A stretch of 59,219 bases of DNA, filler included, from Sphacelaria rigidula (Eukaryota), in assembly GCA_964200075.2 (NCBI GenBank). It is 8 parts of 8 records of this genome, joined end to end, with 100 filler letters (N's around TTAATTAATTAA, not from the genome) between each part and the next. Parts side by side here need not be neighbours in the genome. Positions count along the whole stretch, not along the records: positions 1 to 7,315 come from CAXNAA020015479.1; positions 7,416 to 14,730 come from CAXNAA020015480.1; 6 more parts are not named here. One strand, written 5' to 3'. The notes under the pieces are model-generated. The model did no database searches. It worked only from the letters and a program-made list of their open reading frames with translations, and was not told the DNA's origin. Both the position numbers and the translations under genes were made by a program. Shown one piece after another: positions 1 to 11,830 of this stretch (its first letter is position 1; each line of letters begins with the position of its first letter).

Positions 1-222
1 TAAACAAAAATCCGGCTATGTCACCCTCTTCGTCTCCTCATTGCGGTCAGTATGATACCATATATGCGGCTATTGGGTGCGTATTGCGGAAAGCATTTGC
101 TGATGACACAATTTTGGGTGATCACCGTGAACCAGCCTGTATCGACTCACGACCAACGGTTACGTTCCATCTTTGCTCCAGAAAGATGGGTAATCGGACA
201 ATGATACCTTCTACTCATTCAG

Positions 223-295
223 TGGGGTGCCACGGGACGTGTTGATACGTGTCGTGGGTGGAAACTGGGCGGGTCTTCCTTACGGGATTGTAAAG
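223..295 (+). CDS. Putative internal exon of unidentified multi-exon gene (GVPRDVLIRVVGGNWAGLPYGIVK)
   Basis: Acceptor CATTCAG, open frame, phase-0 end at AAG|GT (alternative donor GTC|GTGAG at 301) compatible with the exon at 1533. Confidence 0.4.
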
Positions 296-429
296 GTGGT
301 CGTGAGATGTCTGAGCCGTCACCTGCTTCAACGGCCTCACTTCGGCTTCCTTATGACTGAAACCAACCGGCATGAGTAAGGCCTACCGTTTTTCTCGTTT
401 GTTTTTTGTTTTTGTCCTTTGCAATTTTC

Positions 430-634
430 CAAGGGCAGGTTAAGTAGGGTATACTCAATTGCGGGGTGTTTCGAAAGTCGTACTTTCAAGTACTCAAATT
501 GGGGGAGGGTGTTGGGAGTGGTACCCAAAAAATAGCTGGAAAGCGACCTCTAACACCCTACCCCATTCTATATACTTCAAGTACGACTTTCAAAATACCC
601 CGCAATCGGGTACACCCTACTCGACCTGCCCTTG
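430..634. mobile_element. hAT-like MITE (205 bp)
   Basis: Long imperfect TIRs CAAGGGCAGGT...ACCTGCCCTTG; 8-bp flanks CAATTTTC/CAATCTTC (TSD, 1 mismatch); second copy at 11626-11830. Confidence 0.8.
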
Positions 635-711
635 CAATCTTCTCTTTCCCTTCCCTCTTAGTATTACTCGCTTGTTTCTCTTCCCAGTTTTTACCCGTTT
701 CCGATTTTTGA

Positions 712-781
712 TTGGTTGATTGATTGATTGTCGCACTTTAAGTGACCCCCCAGGAGTCATGATCCAGCCGTGGTCTCATGC
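712..781 (-). mobile_element. 3' tail of non-LTR retroposon with (AATC)n end
   Basis: Reverse strand reads CATGAGACCACGG...GGGGGGTCACTTAAAGTGCGAC(AATC)n; copies at 16832-16897 and partially at 52226-52251. Confidence 0.55.
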
Positions 782-1532
782 TAGACATACCCTAAAAAAA
801 AAACTGAAACACTCGCTGAACAAAAGAAGGAACGGAAAGGAGAAGAAAAAAGTCAAACGGAACGATAGAGTAGACTAAGACGTGAAGAAAAAAAAGACAA
901 ATAAGAAAAAGGTTAATAAAAGCAAAGCACGGAAAGAAATGGCCGACCTGAAACGTGTGTTTTTGACCATTTATCTTGAGTACGTCGTACGTATATCTTG
1001 TGCCCTACCGCTGAACGGATGACTTCGGAGCGGATCAGTGAATCTCCGAATTCAATCGAATAAGGTCCATAGTTACCGACACTGTTTAGTTCGAGATCTC
1101 CCAAGTGTTCGCGACTAGCTACTTATCTGATGGACCCTCGAATGGCTGCTAGCGCCACGGCGAACACACACGTCAGCTTTCCGAAGTGCTGCGTCGCAGT
1201 CCTACTTTTTCGGACTTTTCCAAATATTAATTTTTTCAGAACAAGAATAATCCGCTTCGTTTTTCGGAGAAGTCTGAATGCAGAGTTCGAAGAGTCCGAG
1301 AATTTCCGAGATCTCCGAATAAACAGTGTCTAAAATAATGGGCCTTATCGATCAAATCATTTATCAACCAAGCAAGCAAGACGGGGTTGCGTGTACTGGA
1401 ACGACGAACGTTTGGAATGAAGGCCTCGTGCACTCATCAGAAAACAAGAACAAAAATAGCGATCACCATCACCGGACCCGGAAAGGGATGAGCACACGAT
1501 GACGATGCTCTCTTCTTTTCTATAATTGCAAG

Positions 1533-1564
1533 GTGGATGGGACGATCTTCATCGAGGCTTGCTT
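1533..1564 (+). CDS. Putative micro-exon (VDGTIFIEACL) of contig-1 gene
   Basis: Pyrimidine tract + GCAAG acceptor, strong GTAAGT donor, phase 0 to 2, matching the next exon. Confidence 0.55.
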
Positions 1565-2247
1565 GTAAGTAGGCGTGTCAAATGTTCATATGGAAAGACA
1601 AGGGTGGTACTGTGCGGTACTCACACAGAGAGTCTCCCCATTTTTGGAAAAAAAAATGTGGAGAGCACGTTCCCAACGTCCCATATTCCCGTGGTTCCGT
1701 ATTTGCGGGTAGCTGTGATGCAGTTCAGCCCCGAGGGCAGCTTTACAGATCAACTGTTCATTGCCGTGTGCTCTATCTCGGTGTTCATCACATGTTGCTC
1801 ATGAAGGCACTGCTCCAAGTACTGTCGAACAACCGTCCCCTAGGCAACATCCGCAACTATCATTTCCCACGATCAACAGCCCCTGCTAGCCCCCAGATTT
1901 TCACTAGCAAGTGATACACTGCCACGAACTACCGTCCTGTGTATGTTTCGCACTAGTACAGTATATCCCCGAACCTCGATTCTACAATTAGGGCACGACC
2001 ACTGCCCTCGTGGGATCCAGTTCTTCAGTGGGAGCACAGACAATACTCGTGTTATCATGGGTGACGCGCGATGTATGGGGAGGTCGCCAATAAGAGCGCG
2101 AAGAATGGAAGATAATCCGACAGCTCGTCGTCTTTCACACGCGAATTGTTCGCGCATCGACTGTCGATCGTTGTTGTTGTTGCTGCTGCTACTGCTGCTG
2201 CTGTTGTTGTTGTGTCTATGCTGTGGTGTTTATTGGCCTCGCCACAG

Positions 2248-2346
2248 GGAGACGCTGCTGAGTATGTATGCGAAGATTGCGGACGGGAAGCGATTGGATG
2301 ATTTGATATCGCTATTTCTGGGCAGCCAGAAGCATCCGGCTCTTCG
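2248..2346 (+). CDS. Exon of unidentified gene (ETLLSMYAKIADGKRLDDLISLFLGSQKHPALR)
   Basis: CACAG acceptor, GTGAGT donor, 99 bp open frame, phase 2 to 2, protein-like composition. Confidence 0.7.
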
Positions 2347-2477
2347 GTGAGTATAATATTAGTAGCAAGCTCACCCGATTGCGAGCTGGTACTCATCTTG
2401 CATGCCGCAGTCATATGACCATTTTATCGCGAGCTGGTAAGTGAATGCTGGGGGGTTTTGCGTGTGTGTTGAAGCGT

Positions 2478-2478
<1 letters not shown>

Positions 2479-2528
<50 letters not shown>
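2479..2528. repeat. (GT)n microsatellite
   Basis: Directly visible dinucleotide run. Confidence 0.95.
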
Positions 2529-2532
<4 letters not shown>

Positions 2533-3078
2533 CTAGAAATGCGCCGGGATGTGTGGTGGGGCATGTTGTAGTAGTGTTTTGATATTAGTCTCAGCCTTAT
2601 TCTCATTTCCGTTCCTATTTCCACTTTCTTTTTCATTCTTACCCTCAGTTTCAGTTTCTATTGCATTTCTCGTTTTGATTCTCAATCTCATATTCAATTG
2701 TATTTCCGTCTTATTCTAACATCACTGTGGCCGTTGTGGTTGCTTTGTTTTATGTTGATCGTTGATTTCGCATTCAATTTCGTTCTATTCCTTTTTTGAA
2801 TATCTTCATCACTCCTTTTTTTGTATTCTGCTTCGTGTTTATTGCTCTTAATTTTTTACATCCCTTGCTCGTACGCCATTTTGTTTTGTTCCACTCCAGT
2901 TTTCCCAGTAATTGTTCATTTACACCCTCTATCTATCTCATTTTGTTTTCAGGTATTCCACTTACTTTCCCCCGTGATATTTGTAGTTCCATTTTTGTTT
3001 TCGTCCTTTATTCCTTGTTTCGCTTTCGTTTTCGATCCCATTCATTACATATCACGACAATTGCCTCGCTCGTGGCAG

Positions 3079-3358
3079 GCTGACGACATTTGGGGCTTCC
3101 GAAAAGACTGGACGTGAGATGGACTCCCTCGATTTCCAGAAACTTCCTGCCCTGTATCGCTCGTTTCACACAGTGAACGAAACAGCTGAACAGCTCTCCC
3201 ACACGCTCGCCAGTGTTATCGGAGTGACAAGGGCATTTGCACCCCATCCTGCATACAAGTCGGATTCTCTTGGTGAACCCCTTTCCCGCCACCGGCGGAA
3301 TGGTATTTTCATTTTGTGCCTACGAACTAAATTCATAGCGAGTTGGAGTGGTTCCACG
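3079..3358 (+). CDS. Exon of unidentified gene (LTTFGASEKTGREMDSLDFQKLPALYRSFHTVNETAEQLSHTLASVIG...); 3' boundary uncertain
   Basis: GGCAG acceptor after a long pyrimidine-rich intron, phase-2 start continues the frame of exon 2248-2346 and ORF 3119-3388; donor ACG|GTAGGG chosen, but earlier donors are possible. Confidence 0.5.
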
Positions 3359-3618
3359 GTAGGGATGCACGAAAAATATTTGTTGTAAGGGTGCTGGATT
3401 TAGACATTTGCCGATAGTGATGACACACTGGTTTAGGAAATCCAAGTAGCGCTGAACATGAGGCGATTCTCTCGCAGGCAAACGTCACAAATTATGAGAT
3501 TTGTCGTCGCTCGAGTGAACACAATGTAAAAATATCTCAAGACAAGATCTGACGAATGAAGCGCACCCATACCATACAACCACTCGTTGGTTAATGTGAG
3601 ACAAATCAGCCCACGTTG

Positions 3619-3700
3619 CCCCGGTCACCTACCTAGCTGGTATACCAATACGTACACCCGATGAACGAGGAAGGTTGCGAGTTCAAATCCCGACAAATAC
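3619..3700 (+). mobile_element. tRNA-derived SINE head (degenerate)
   Basis: GCCCCGGT start, A-box-like TAGCTGGT and B-box GAGTTCAAATCC; no complete cloverleaf. Confidence 0.4.
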
Positions 3701-4123
3701 TGTCTTTTATTTTATTTTATACCAGCGTCTGGTTTATGTTGTCATTGAAAGTGTCAAGACATCTGTTAGTAGCAACATTTTTTTTTCAAGGCTGTGTCTT
3801 GGGTGGTACGATCATATGTTCCCTGGGTACACACCTGGGTATTACCCGTACCCGACAGTGCTGTGAGTTTCGTAAGCCTCACATACCAGTTCCCGACACT
3901 CGCGCAAGATATGTACGAAATGTTTACCGTAGCCCGGGGCATGAGTGTACCCTTGTAGAAATACCCGGTTGCGGTTGAGGGTTTCTGTGCCACCTCCGTC
4001 TGTACCGTACCTGACAGGCTCTGCAAGTTCTTTCAAAAGTCCATACCGGTATCTGGCAGCTCCGCAACAAGCTTTGTTGAGAATTTGCATACCCTACCAA
4101 ACAGATCGGTGTTTTTTATTCAG

Positions 4124-4149
4124 ATAAATGGAGTCAATGGCTTCGATCG
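4124..4149 (+). CDS. Putative micro-exon (INGVNGFDR)
   Basis: TTTTTTATTCAG acceptor, GT donor, phase 0 to 2, fits between exons 3079 and 6605. Confidence 0.3.
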
Positions 4150-5481
4150 GTACAACATTATGCCCGTGAATGGGGGCCCTAACGACCAAAAACCTGTGAG
4201 CAAAAACCTGACAAGAAAAACGCGGAGGAATAATGAAGAAGTCATAGCCTGGTCGGACCTTTGCCAAACCTCTGCCGAACAGAACACACGCTCCATCCCA
4301 AGTTACCTAGATTTAGTATGCGACAGCTGTAATTTTTTCATCGCCTCGTTCTCGAGACAGGAAGCGAACTGGCCTGTGGCACTTCACAGCCCCCCGCACA
4401 CGCACACTAGACCTAGTAACCTACGGGGCGGATTTGCTCAATTTGCCACAGCGGACCCGAAAAGTCCCAAAAGGTTGAAGGAAACGCCTCATTGGAAACA
4501 TTTTTGCGGTTTGCGAAGTGCTGCGGCCTCTGCGGCACTCGTCCGCCCTCCCGTGAGTGATTCTAGTGGTTGAGAAGCGCATGCACGCATCAAACCGCAG
4601 TCCAATCTTCTGCTTGGATGCCGAGAAAACCGCGTTGAAAGATGGGCACAACAACATACTGCAACAAGAGGGGCACAACAACGATACGAGCAGCATTTTC
4701 TATTCTCCTGTGGTTGTAACGATGTGCACACGTGTATGGCAACGTTAGTCACAAGCTTGTTGTAGACTGTAGTGTAGCAATATGAATAGTACATTTTGTT
4801 TGAGCGTGGTCGTTATGTCGAGGTGACGCGTGTAGTTGTGACCGATACTGATTGGCTCTTGCAGGCTTCATTTCTTCTGCATACTGTTGGTCTGTCCATT
4901 TTCCCGGTATATAGTGCCCAAAATCGGACCCCATTCACGGGCATAACTGTACGTAGTCAATATTTGCGTTCGATCTCTCTCCGGATAGATCTTGGAATGT
5001 TGTGTACATTGGTGCAGAGATAACTTATATTATATTGTTGATGTGGACAGTAGGATGCACGTTAATTCGCTTTTCATGGCATCTTGTTCCTATCCATCTG
5101 AGCTGCTTCACAACCGTGCTTGTGATCCAAGCCATGCTCTTGTGTGGGCCCCGCCGATAATGACCCTCGCGCATATAGCCTGCAGTCTGTGCAATGCTAG
5201 TAGACGGAATATCTCAACAGTGCGTACCCCCACAGAACACAACCTTGAAAACTTTGACGAGGGTCGACGGGGTGAGCGGAAGTGCCGATCGTCATCATCC
5301 AGTGCGCGATACCGACATGTGAGGCGTGTACAATACGCCGGGAGAGGTGGAAATTTGACCCCTTGAGACGTCGTTCGGACTTCGTCTCGAAAATCGAGGG
5401 GGATTTGCCGCAGGGCGCCTCTAAACACTCCATGGTTGACCCATTTTCGAAATAACGAAATAACGCCAACCCTAACCTTGA

Positions 5482-5720
5482 CCCTTTTGGAGTCGCTAAT
5501 GGAAAAATGACGATTTACAACAGACGCCTTCGTGAGCAAGTTATGGCTGTTTTTCTCTCCAACTGTTGATGATGCAGCCCACCAAAACGGCCCACCACTT
5601 CGAAAGTTCAAGTATATCAATGTCACAGATTCTTGCACCGAACTCGCAGTGACTTCTTTTTTTTTCTCATGAAGGTTCGCATATAGAAGTTTGTACTGTT
5701 TTTCGCGAGTTCCGAAAGGG
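5482..5720. mobile_element. piggyBac-like MITE inserted in a telomere-like tract of another repeat
   Basis: CCCTTTTGG...CCGAAAGGG termini flanked by TTGA/TTAA; the host repeat resumes on both sides by comparison with 12830-13090. Confidence 0.55.
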
Positions 5721-5724
5721 TTAA

Positions 5725-5915
5725 TGATCCTCACCCCAACCCAAGGCATACCAAGAACCCTCTGGCATGGAGAGCGCAAAGGGTGCGCTGGACAAAGTGT
5801 GTGTTGGCGGCGCCGATTTGGACAAAAACGCGTTCTGCGCACGCTAGGAAGCAATCGGGACCGTCAGCCCCACTTGAGATCCGAATATCGGTGTTGACGC
5901 TCAAATCGAGTAATA
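5725..5915 (-). repeat. Dispersed repeat with internal TTAGGG-like tract
   Basis: Homologous to 12830-13090, 15170-15385 and 52770-52870; continues at 5400-5481. Confidence 0.55.
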
Positions 5916-6082
5916 TCAATCAACCATATAAATTTTTGAGGCGAATTGGGGCGAACTCTACTGCGGTAAAGGGAGTGTTGGAAGCATGACCAAAAGAAAC
6001 TGGAAAACCTACCCTTACCCATCATTTTGTGAATCAAGGGAACATTTTACTTGGCAACCAATGTTTCCGCTGCTCTAGGAAT

Positions 6083-6195
6083 GTCATCATTATTATTTCC
6101 GCACATTACCCCGATCTCTCGAACCCGTGGTCACAGACGTAGGATCGCCTTTCCAGTAGGGTCACTGGTGTTCCTGACATGAGATAGAGCGCTCG
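6083..6195 (-). mobile_element. Retroposon 3' tail with (AAT)n end
   Basis: CTGTGACCACGGGTTCGAGAGATCGG..AATGTGCGGAAATAATAATGA; near-identical copy at 17170-17278 (+) and diverged copy at 42058-42115. Confidence 0.65.
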
Positions 6196-6604
6196 TTTCC
6201 TCTGGGACTCCGGAAACAAAGCAAAATAACTCAAGAAAGGGAAACAAAGAGAAGGAGAAAGAGACAAGAATACAGAAGGGCGAGAAAAAAATGTCCCCCG
6301 CGAGTTGGTCGGGGTGTGGTGAAACAAAACACATCATACCTGCCACTACAGTAAATGCAAAAAAAAAAAAAATGAAAAAGGTAATCGTATTCTTGCGTCG
6401 CTTTGGTTTTTTGTGACCGCGGCCATAACGTGTTCGTGTCGGATCTGTTATTTTGGTGCATGATACTCCATCAATCAAACTAATCAATCGATCATGATCA
6501 CTTTTGTTTTTGTTATCTGTGTTGCCATTTGATAGGTATGCATGCCTAGAGCTATTGGGCTTTGTGGGACAACTGAAACAAACACACCGGCGACTTCTCT
6601 CCAG

Positions 6605-6638
6605 GATGGACGTTATCAAGACCCTGCTTACCGTGCTG
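6605..6638 (+). CDS. Putative exon (MDVIKTLLTVL)
   Basis: CTCTCCAG acceptor, GTGAGA donor, phase 2 to 0. Confidence 0.45.
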
Positions 6639-6992
6639 GTGAGAATATGAAAGGAGGCACCAATGAATGATTCGGCATCATCGCAATTGTGCAAGATTTT
6701 TGTTATGAGAGACGTGAAAAAAAACCAGAACAGATGAAGCAAAACTTCATGAGTAAAACTATTGTGATGAAGGATACCAATCGGCCACCGTCTTGACCTG
6801 TACGATGAGCTGGGCCAGCCAACAGTGGGTGATTTTCTCGCTCAGGCGACGCACGGCGTGATATTAGGAGTTGGGCGCTGAAATTTTGATGGCAGCTTTT
6901 TATGATCGACCCAAAGAACATCCCGTGAGCAGCAAAGAAAAAAGAAAGTTATGGGAATTTGAAGTTTCAGCAATAACAAGGTAGTGTCATAA

Positions 6993-7315
6993 GACCGGAT
7001 GTTATGGCACACAGATTTTTGGCCCACGAATTGTTCACTTTTGGGACGTTTGACACACCTTTTGACCCCCGAACAGGGAAAACCGCCAGCACACGTCTCG
7101 GACGCTTTGCATCACCCCACAGAGAGGAGCCCAGTCTGCTTCTCAGATTCGCTGGGCTCCGAGGTTTCGAGACTGGCCGCTGCACAAAAATTCGTACGCA
7201 AAAATCTGTGCTTGCCGATCCACATATTATTGGGCAAACTGGCGGGGGTCGGCAAGCACAGATTTTTTCCCACGAATTTTTTATCAGCGGCCAATCCCGA
7301 AACCTCGGAGCCAAG
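6993..7315. mobile_element. PIF/Harbinger-like foldback MITE, truncated by contig end
   Basis: Highly similar to 38349-38834; TAA flank. Confidence 0.8.
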
Positions 7316-7415
7316 NNNNNNNNNNNNNNNNNNNNNNNNNNNNNNNNNNNNNNNNNNNNTTAATTAATTAANNNNNNNNNNNNNNNNNNNNNNNNNNNNN
7401 NNNNNNNNNNNNNNN
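7316..7415. other. Artificial contig spacer
   Basis: 44 N + TTAATTAATTAA (stops in all six frames) + 44 N. Confidence 0.99.
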
Positions 7416-7698
7416 CCCCCCCCTCACACACACACAGAGTAGATTCTACTAAAGCGGCGGAAGCATCTCTCAAGTAGTACATCTACATTCACATTTAATA
7501 GCAGTACCGTTTGGTGCCGACCGATGAGCAACCCTCCTTCTACGAGTAAAGATGCTGGCGAAGCAGCAACGGGACGAGCACGAATATGACTCGTGGCACT
7601 CGCACTCGTTGGGCTACTTGTTGGCCGTCATAATTAGTAGGGCGAGTACTCGGCTTCAGCTTCGTATGCGAGTTTTTTTTTAATTAAACTCCTTTTTT

Positions 7699-8184
7699 GC
7701 TCGCCTTGAGCTATTGAAAAAATGACTATTTCAAGCCCCCAAAACCCAAATTGAGCTAAACTTCATGCGCGCATACGGAGCTAAAGCCTAAACGCTGTCG
7801 TGGGTAGTGGCCCCATGTGCAACTATTGTACAAAATCTTCATGATATTTTTCAATTCAAGATAGTATCATGTGCATGAAACATACGGCGAAGCGTTTCCG
7901 GATCAGACCCGTAACGATGGCAGTCTGGAGTATTGAAGCCTGTCTGGTGACGGGTCACGAGTCACGAGTCACGCCATAGGCCACAGGAGGCACTTTCAGA
8001 GCTGCTGAAATGGCTGGAGGAGGCGCATGAAAATTTATCGCACCTTTATGCTCGTTTCAAGCATATTATAAGCTCGTCAGAATTTTGATGCTCGCCTTAA
8101 GCTTTGGGGAAAAAAAACTTTTTTTAAACCCCCGAAACCCAAATTAAGCTAAACCTTATGCGCGCATACGAAGCTAAAGCCTAG
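7699..8184. repeat. Direct repeat pair of ~95 bp (7699-7791 and 8089-8184)
   Basis: GCTCGCCTT.AGCT...CCCAAATT.AGCTAAAC..ATGCGCGCATACG.AGCTAAAGCCTA occurs twice. Confidence 0.75.
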
Positions 8185-10138
8185 CGATACTCGAATCATT
8201 GCTCGTTGTGGAAAAAATTCATAGGAAGAGCACTCGAGTCATTGCTTGTTGTAAAACAAAGTATGACTCGAGCACACGAGTCATTGCTCGTCGTGAAGAA
8301 AATTAATAACTCGAGCACACAATTGCACTCGTTTCGACGAGTAACGACTCGTCTGACGTGTGCAAACTTCGCTTCGCCATCCCGGCGTACGCGAGATGAC
8401 CTCAGGGGCTGATGAGCTATTGGCATCGACCGTGCTGACGAAAATCTGTAGCACGGACAGTACCCAGCGCAGAGATTACAGGTGCTGTCTGTGCTGTCTC
8501 ACGCAGTGAGTTGTAGGTGCACACAACAGTGCAGTACTACGCCCGGCTCCAGTATAGATGGTGCGTACAACGTGAGTGGTGTGGACAACGTGCAATACAG
8601 ACAACACTAGGCAGTGTTGGACTATCTGCACTGCCGCATTGAACAGTAGGATGCACACGCCATGCTGCACCCAACGGCTGTCGAAAGCGATCTGGACAAC
8701 GCGCAGTGCAGACAGTACAAGGCCTGTACTGCCGCATTCAACAGTACAGTAGCGATCGGGGCATGTTTATGTTTCGCGTCTTCTTACACCAACACAAGAA
8801 GCTTGACGAGCACTACCACAGAAAACTTGTCATGGCGAATTCTTCAGGTTTTTGTACCTCGCCTTGGCGTGCACACCTCAATGAATTCCGCTGACCGTAC
8901 TTTTGGTACCTCCCCGCTCTTTTGGTACGCCACCCCCCTCGAAAATACATCTGGAACCGTTAGGTAAGGTCAACATATTTCGTTGTATTTTTCTAGCTGT
9001 ATTGTATCTTCATAATTTGTAGCAAAATACGAGGGGAAGAAACGAACCGGAGGAAAGGGCCTGACGGAGAACAGGGAGGAGACTACGGAAGTGAAGCAAA
9101 AAAACAAAAAAACATGACAAATTCAGGGAAGCAGGGTAGATACAAACACCAGGGAGTACCGCAAAGGCACCGACTAAGGATACAATCAACAACCGATATG
9201 AGCAGATAGGATTATTCGATTGGCGGCCCTCGACGCAGCAGCCTCTCGTTTGTGACGGCGGTCCGATTCTTGTTTGTCCGCGCGTCGCTACACATTCTCG
9301 AACACCCTTCCGCCCCTTTTTCAACTCCAATATCCCATTTGCCCATGTTCTTCGCCGCAGTGACCCACCCCGTTAACCTCTACACCGTAGACATCGGAAA
9401 CCATCGGGAACCTCGAGTTTGAGCTACCTCTAATATGCTGAAATAATAATTCGACGCCGGATCTTCGGAGCAATTTCTACAGTAGTCGGTCTTGATTTGA
9501 CTTTTCAGTCCTGCGCGAAAAAAATATACTTCGTATACATATATATATATATTTCGGAACAGAATTTGAGCTCTCTCCATTCCCTCGCGCACTGTTGCCC
9601 AACCTCAGTTCCAGACGCATCGGCTCTTTGATTGTGGGTTACATTTTGTGTGACCGGAGTTCCAGCGCTTTCCAGCGACGACAGCGCGCGTACGACCGTG
9701 CCTCCCGCGCTGAGCATCTCTACAGGAAATCCCGCAGTGAATTTTCCACATATTGTCATTATCTACAAGGTGTGCCAGTACTGATCCATGTTTGCAAGCA
9801 CTGCACCCTTGCAGGTGATCATGATGTAGAAGTGAGTGGACCACCATGTCCACAGATGCATTCACTCACAGTGCACAGAACCTGGGCTGCGAGATAGCCG
9901 TTATGAGGGCGTATCGACGGTATATTGGTATTCGCCTGGTTTAATTTGCTCGGCGGTCGACGGGGGCTGTTCTCCGGTGCACATACTGTCTGACTGTGTT
10001 GTGTCCGACTAGTGCACCAAGTTTCATGGGGGTGACTTCATCAACGATCGAGAAATTTGGAGGCAAAGTTTCCGTTCAAAAGTGCGAAGATTTTTGTATG
10101 CAGGCCAAGTGCGGGCAGTCACAAACATAGGACGGGTA

Positions 10139-10177
<39 letters not shown>

Positions 10178-11625
10178 GCGCAGGACTGCTATTGCCTGAC
10201 CTGGGTAAGGAACCTACTCCCATATGTCTGCAAGAAGAAAACTGCTCGAAAATGTCGAAGATTTCATCTGCAAAGAAGATCCCGTTAGTGCAGATACTTG
10301 GAAAAGGGTTGTTCGCATTTCAGAGTCAAAGCGGAAGTGGGGAAAGCTGTTTACGGTATAACTTCCACTATGAAAAATATTCAGTCGTGATGTCAGCGTC
10401 AGAATCCTGTTTTGAGCATTCCCCCTGAAATCCGATGTGGCTCTTCAGCCTTCACAACGGAACAAAGAGGAATCATCCCCCCCCCCCCCCACCACCACCA
10501 CCACTGCTACCACCACTGCCATGGTCAGTTCACCATCAATATGCCCTAACAAGCAAAATGGGATATCCATCACAACTGTCATGCGTAGACCAACTCATAT
10601 CGGAGCCTCAACGGGTGGTGACAAGAACCACTTTAATGGAAGAAAAAATCGTGGCAATTTTGAACAAAGGTGATGCCCAAAAATTTGAACGGGCCCTAAA
10701 TTTCGGTCAGACGCTTAAAATCGAGACACGGTTCTGAACGCGTGAGGACTTGTTCAAAGTTTGGCACAAAATATGGGACGTTGTCATGGTTTACTGTACT
10801 ACGGCACACACTCAAAGCTCTCTCATGTGCAGCACCAGTCACTGCATTGTTGTATCTTTACACCTTGCCTGAGCTGCTGTACTGCTGTTGTGTTCCGGAC
10901 AACTGCAATCGGCACGCAGTGCTGTCGTGTCGAATTGCGAAATCCTCTTCAGTATCACACCCTGGACAACGTATTCTATTGTAAAAAGATGTACTGCGTA
11001 CAGTATAAAATATATTGTCTAATGCAATAGGCGCAATAGTCGATACTGTACGCAGTACACTCTTTGGCTGTGTGTTCTTTTGTCCAGGGTGTGTACAGTA
11101 TGCGTTTACTGGATGTTGTGTCTTGCGGAATGAAAATGGTCCTTGGTGCGCAGAGTCAGCATTCCTTTCCTGCACAGACAGTCGGACCTGCGCTGAGGAT
11201 TGCGTGAACTGCTGTACCGTTGTTGTGTCCCGTCGGTACACAAATCCAGACACTGCCGGAAGCGTCACCATCATGGTGTGTCGGGTGCGCTGTGTCGTCT
11301 GCAATACCCACAATGCGGGTCGTGCCCACACCCATTATTTCTATGCTGTAGTTATCCTTATCCTTGTGCAGACTGTAGTTCGTTTGAACCCTACGAACAC
11401 GGTTTGATCTACACTAGAGATTGCGTGGGATGCTGCATTGCCGCTGGTCCGGTCTGTACACAATTGGGGTGCGAACATAATGCTGTTGACACAAAGTTGG
11501 TAAAGTCACGTGATGGCTGCGCAGCCGTTTTGTCTTCTCTGGGTGCTGTGTGCGGATGCACAACTCCTAGGTCACCCCAAATTCAACATATGTGTACGAC
11601 TTCAACTTTGTGCCATAAAAGTGTC

Positions 11626-11830
11626 CAAGGGCAGGTCGAGGAGAGTATACTCAATCGCGGGGTATTTTGAAAGTCGTACTTAAAATACACAATTTGGGGG
11701 TAGGGTTTGGGGGATCACTTTCCAGCTATTTTTTGGGTACGACTCCTAACACTCTACCCTAATTTGAGTACTTCAAGTACGCCTTTCAAAGTACCCCGCA
11801 ATTGAGTATACTCTACTCGACCTACCCTTG
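11626..11830. mobile_element. hAT-like MITE with perfect 8-bp TSD
   Basis: CAAGGGCAGGTCGAG...CTCGACCTACCCTTG flanked on both sides by AAAGTGTC. Confidence 0.9.

Noticed and set aside
4018..4048. Extra exon LCKFFQKSIP
   Set aside because: Appears to lie within a repeat-like tract (~3805-4098), has a weak donor, and needs a poor upstream donor to fit the phase.
5108..5854. Longest ORF (248 aa, minus strand)
   Set aside because: Runs across two nested repeats and has no recognisable domain.
7360..7371. Recurrent TTAATTAATTAA as a biological motif
   Set aside because: It is embedded in N runs at a fixed period; an assembly linker.
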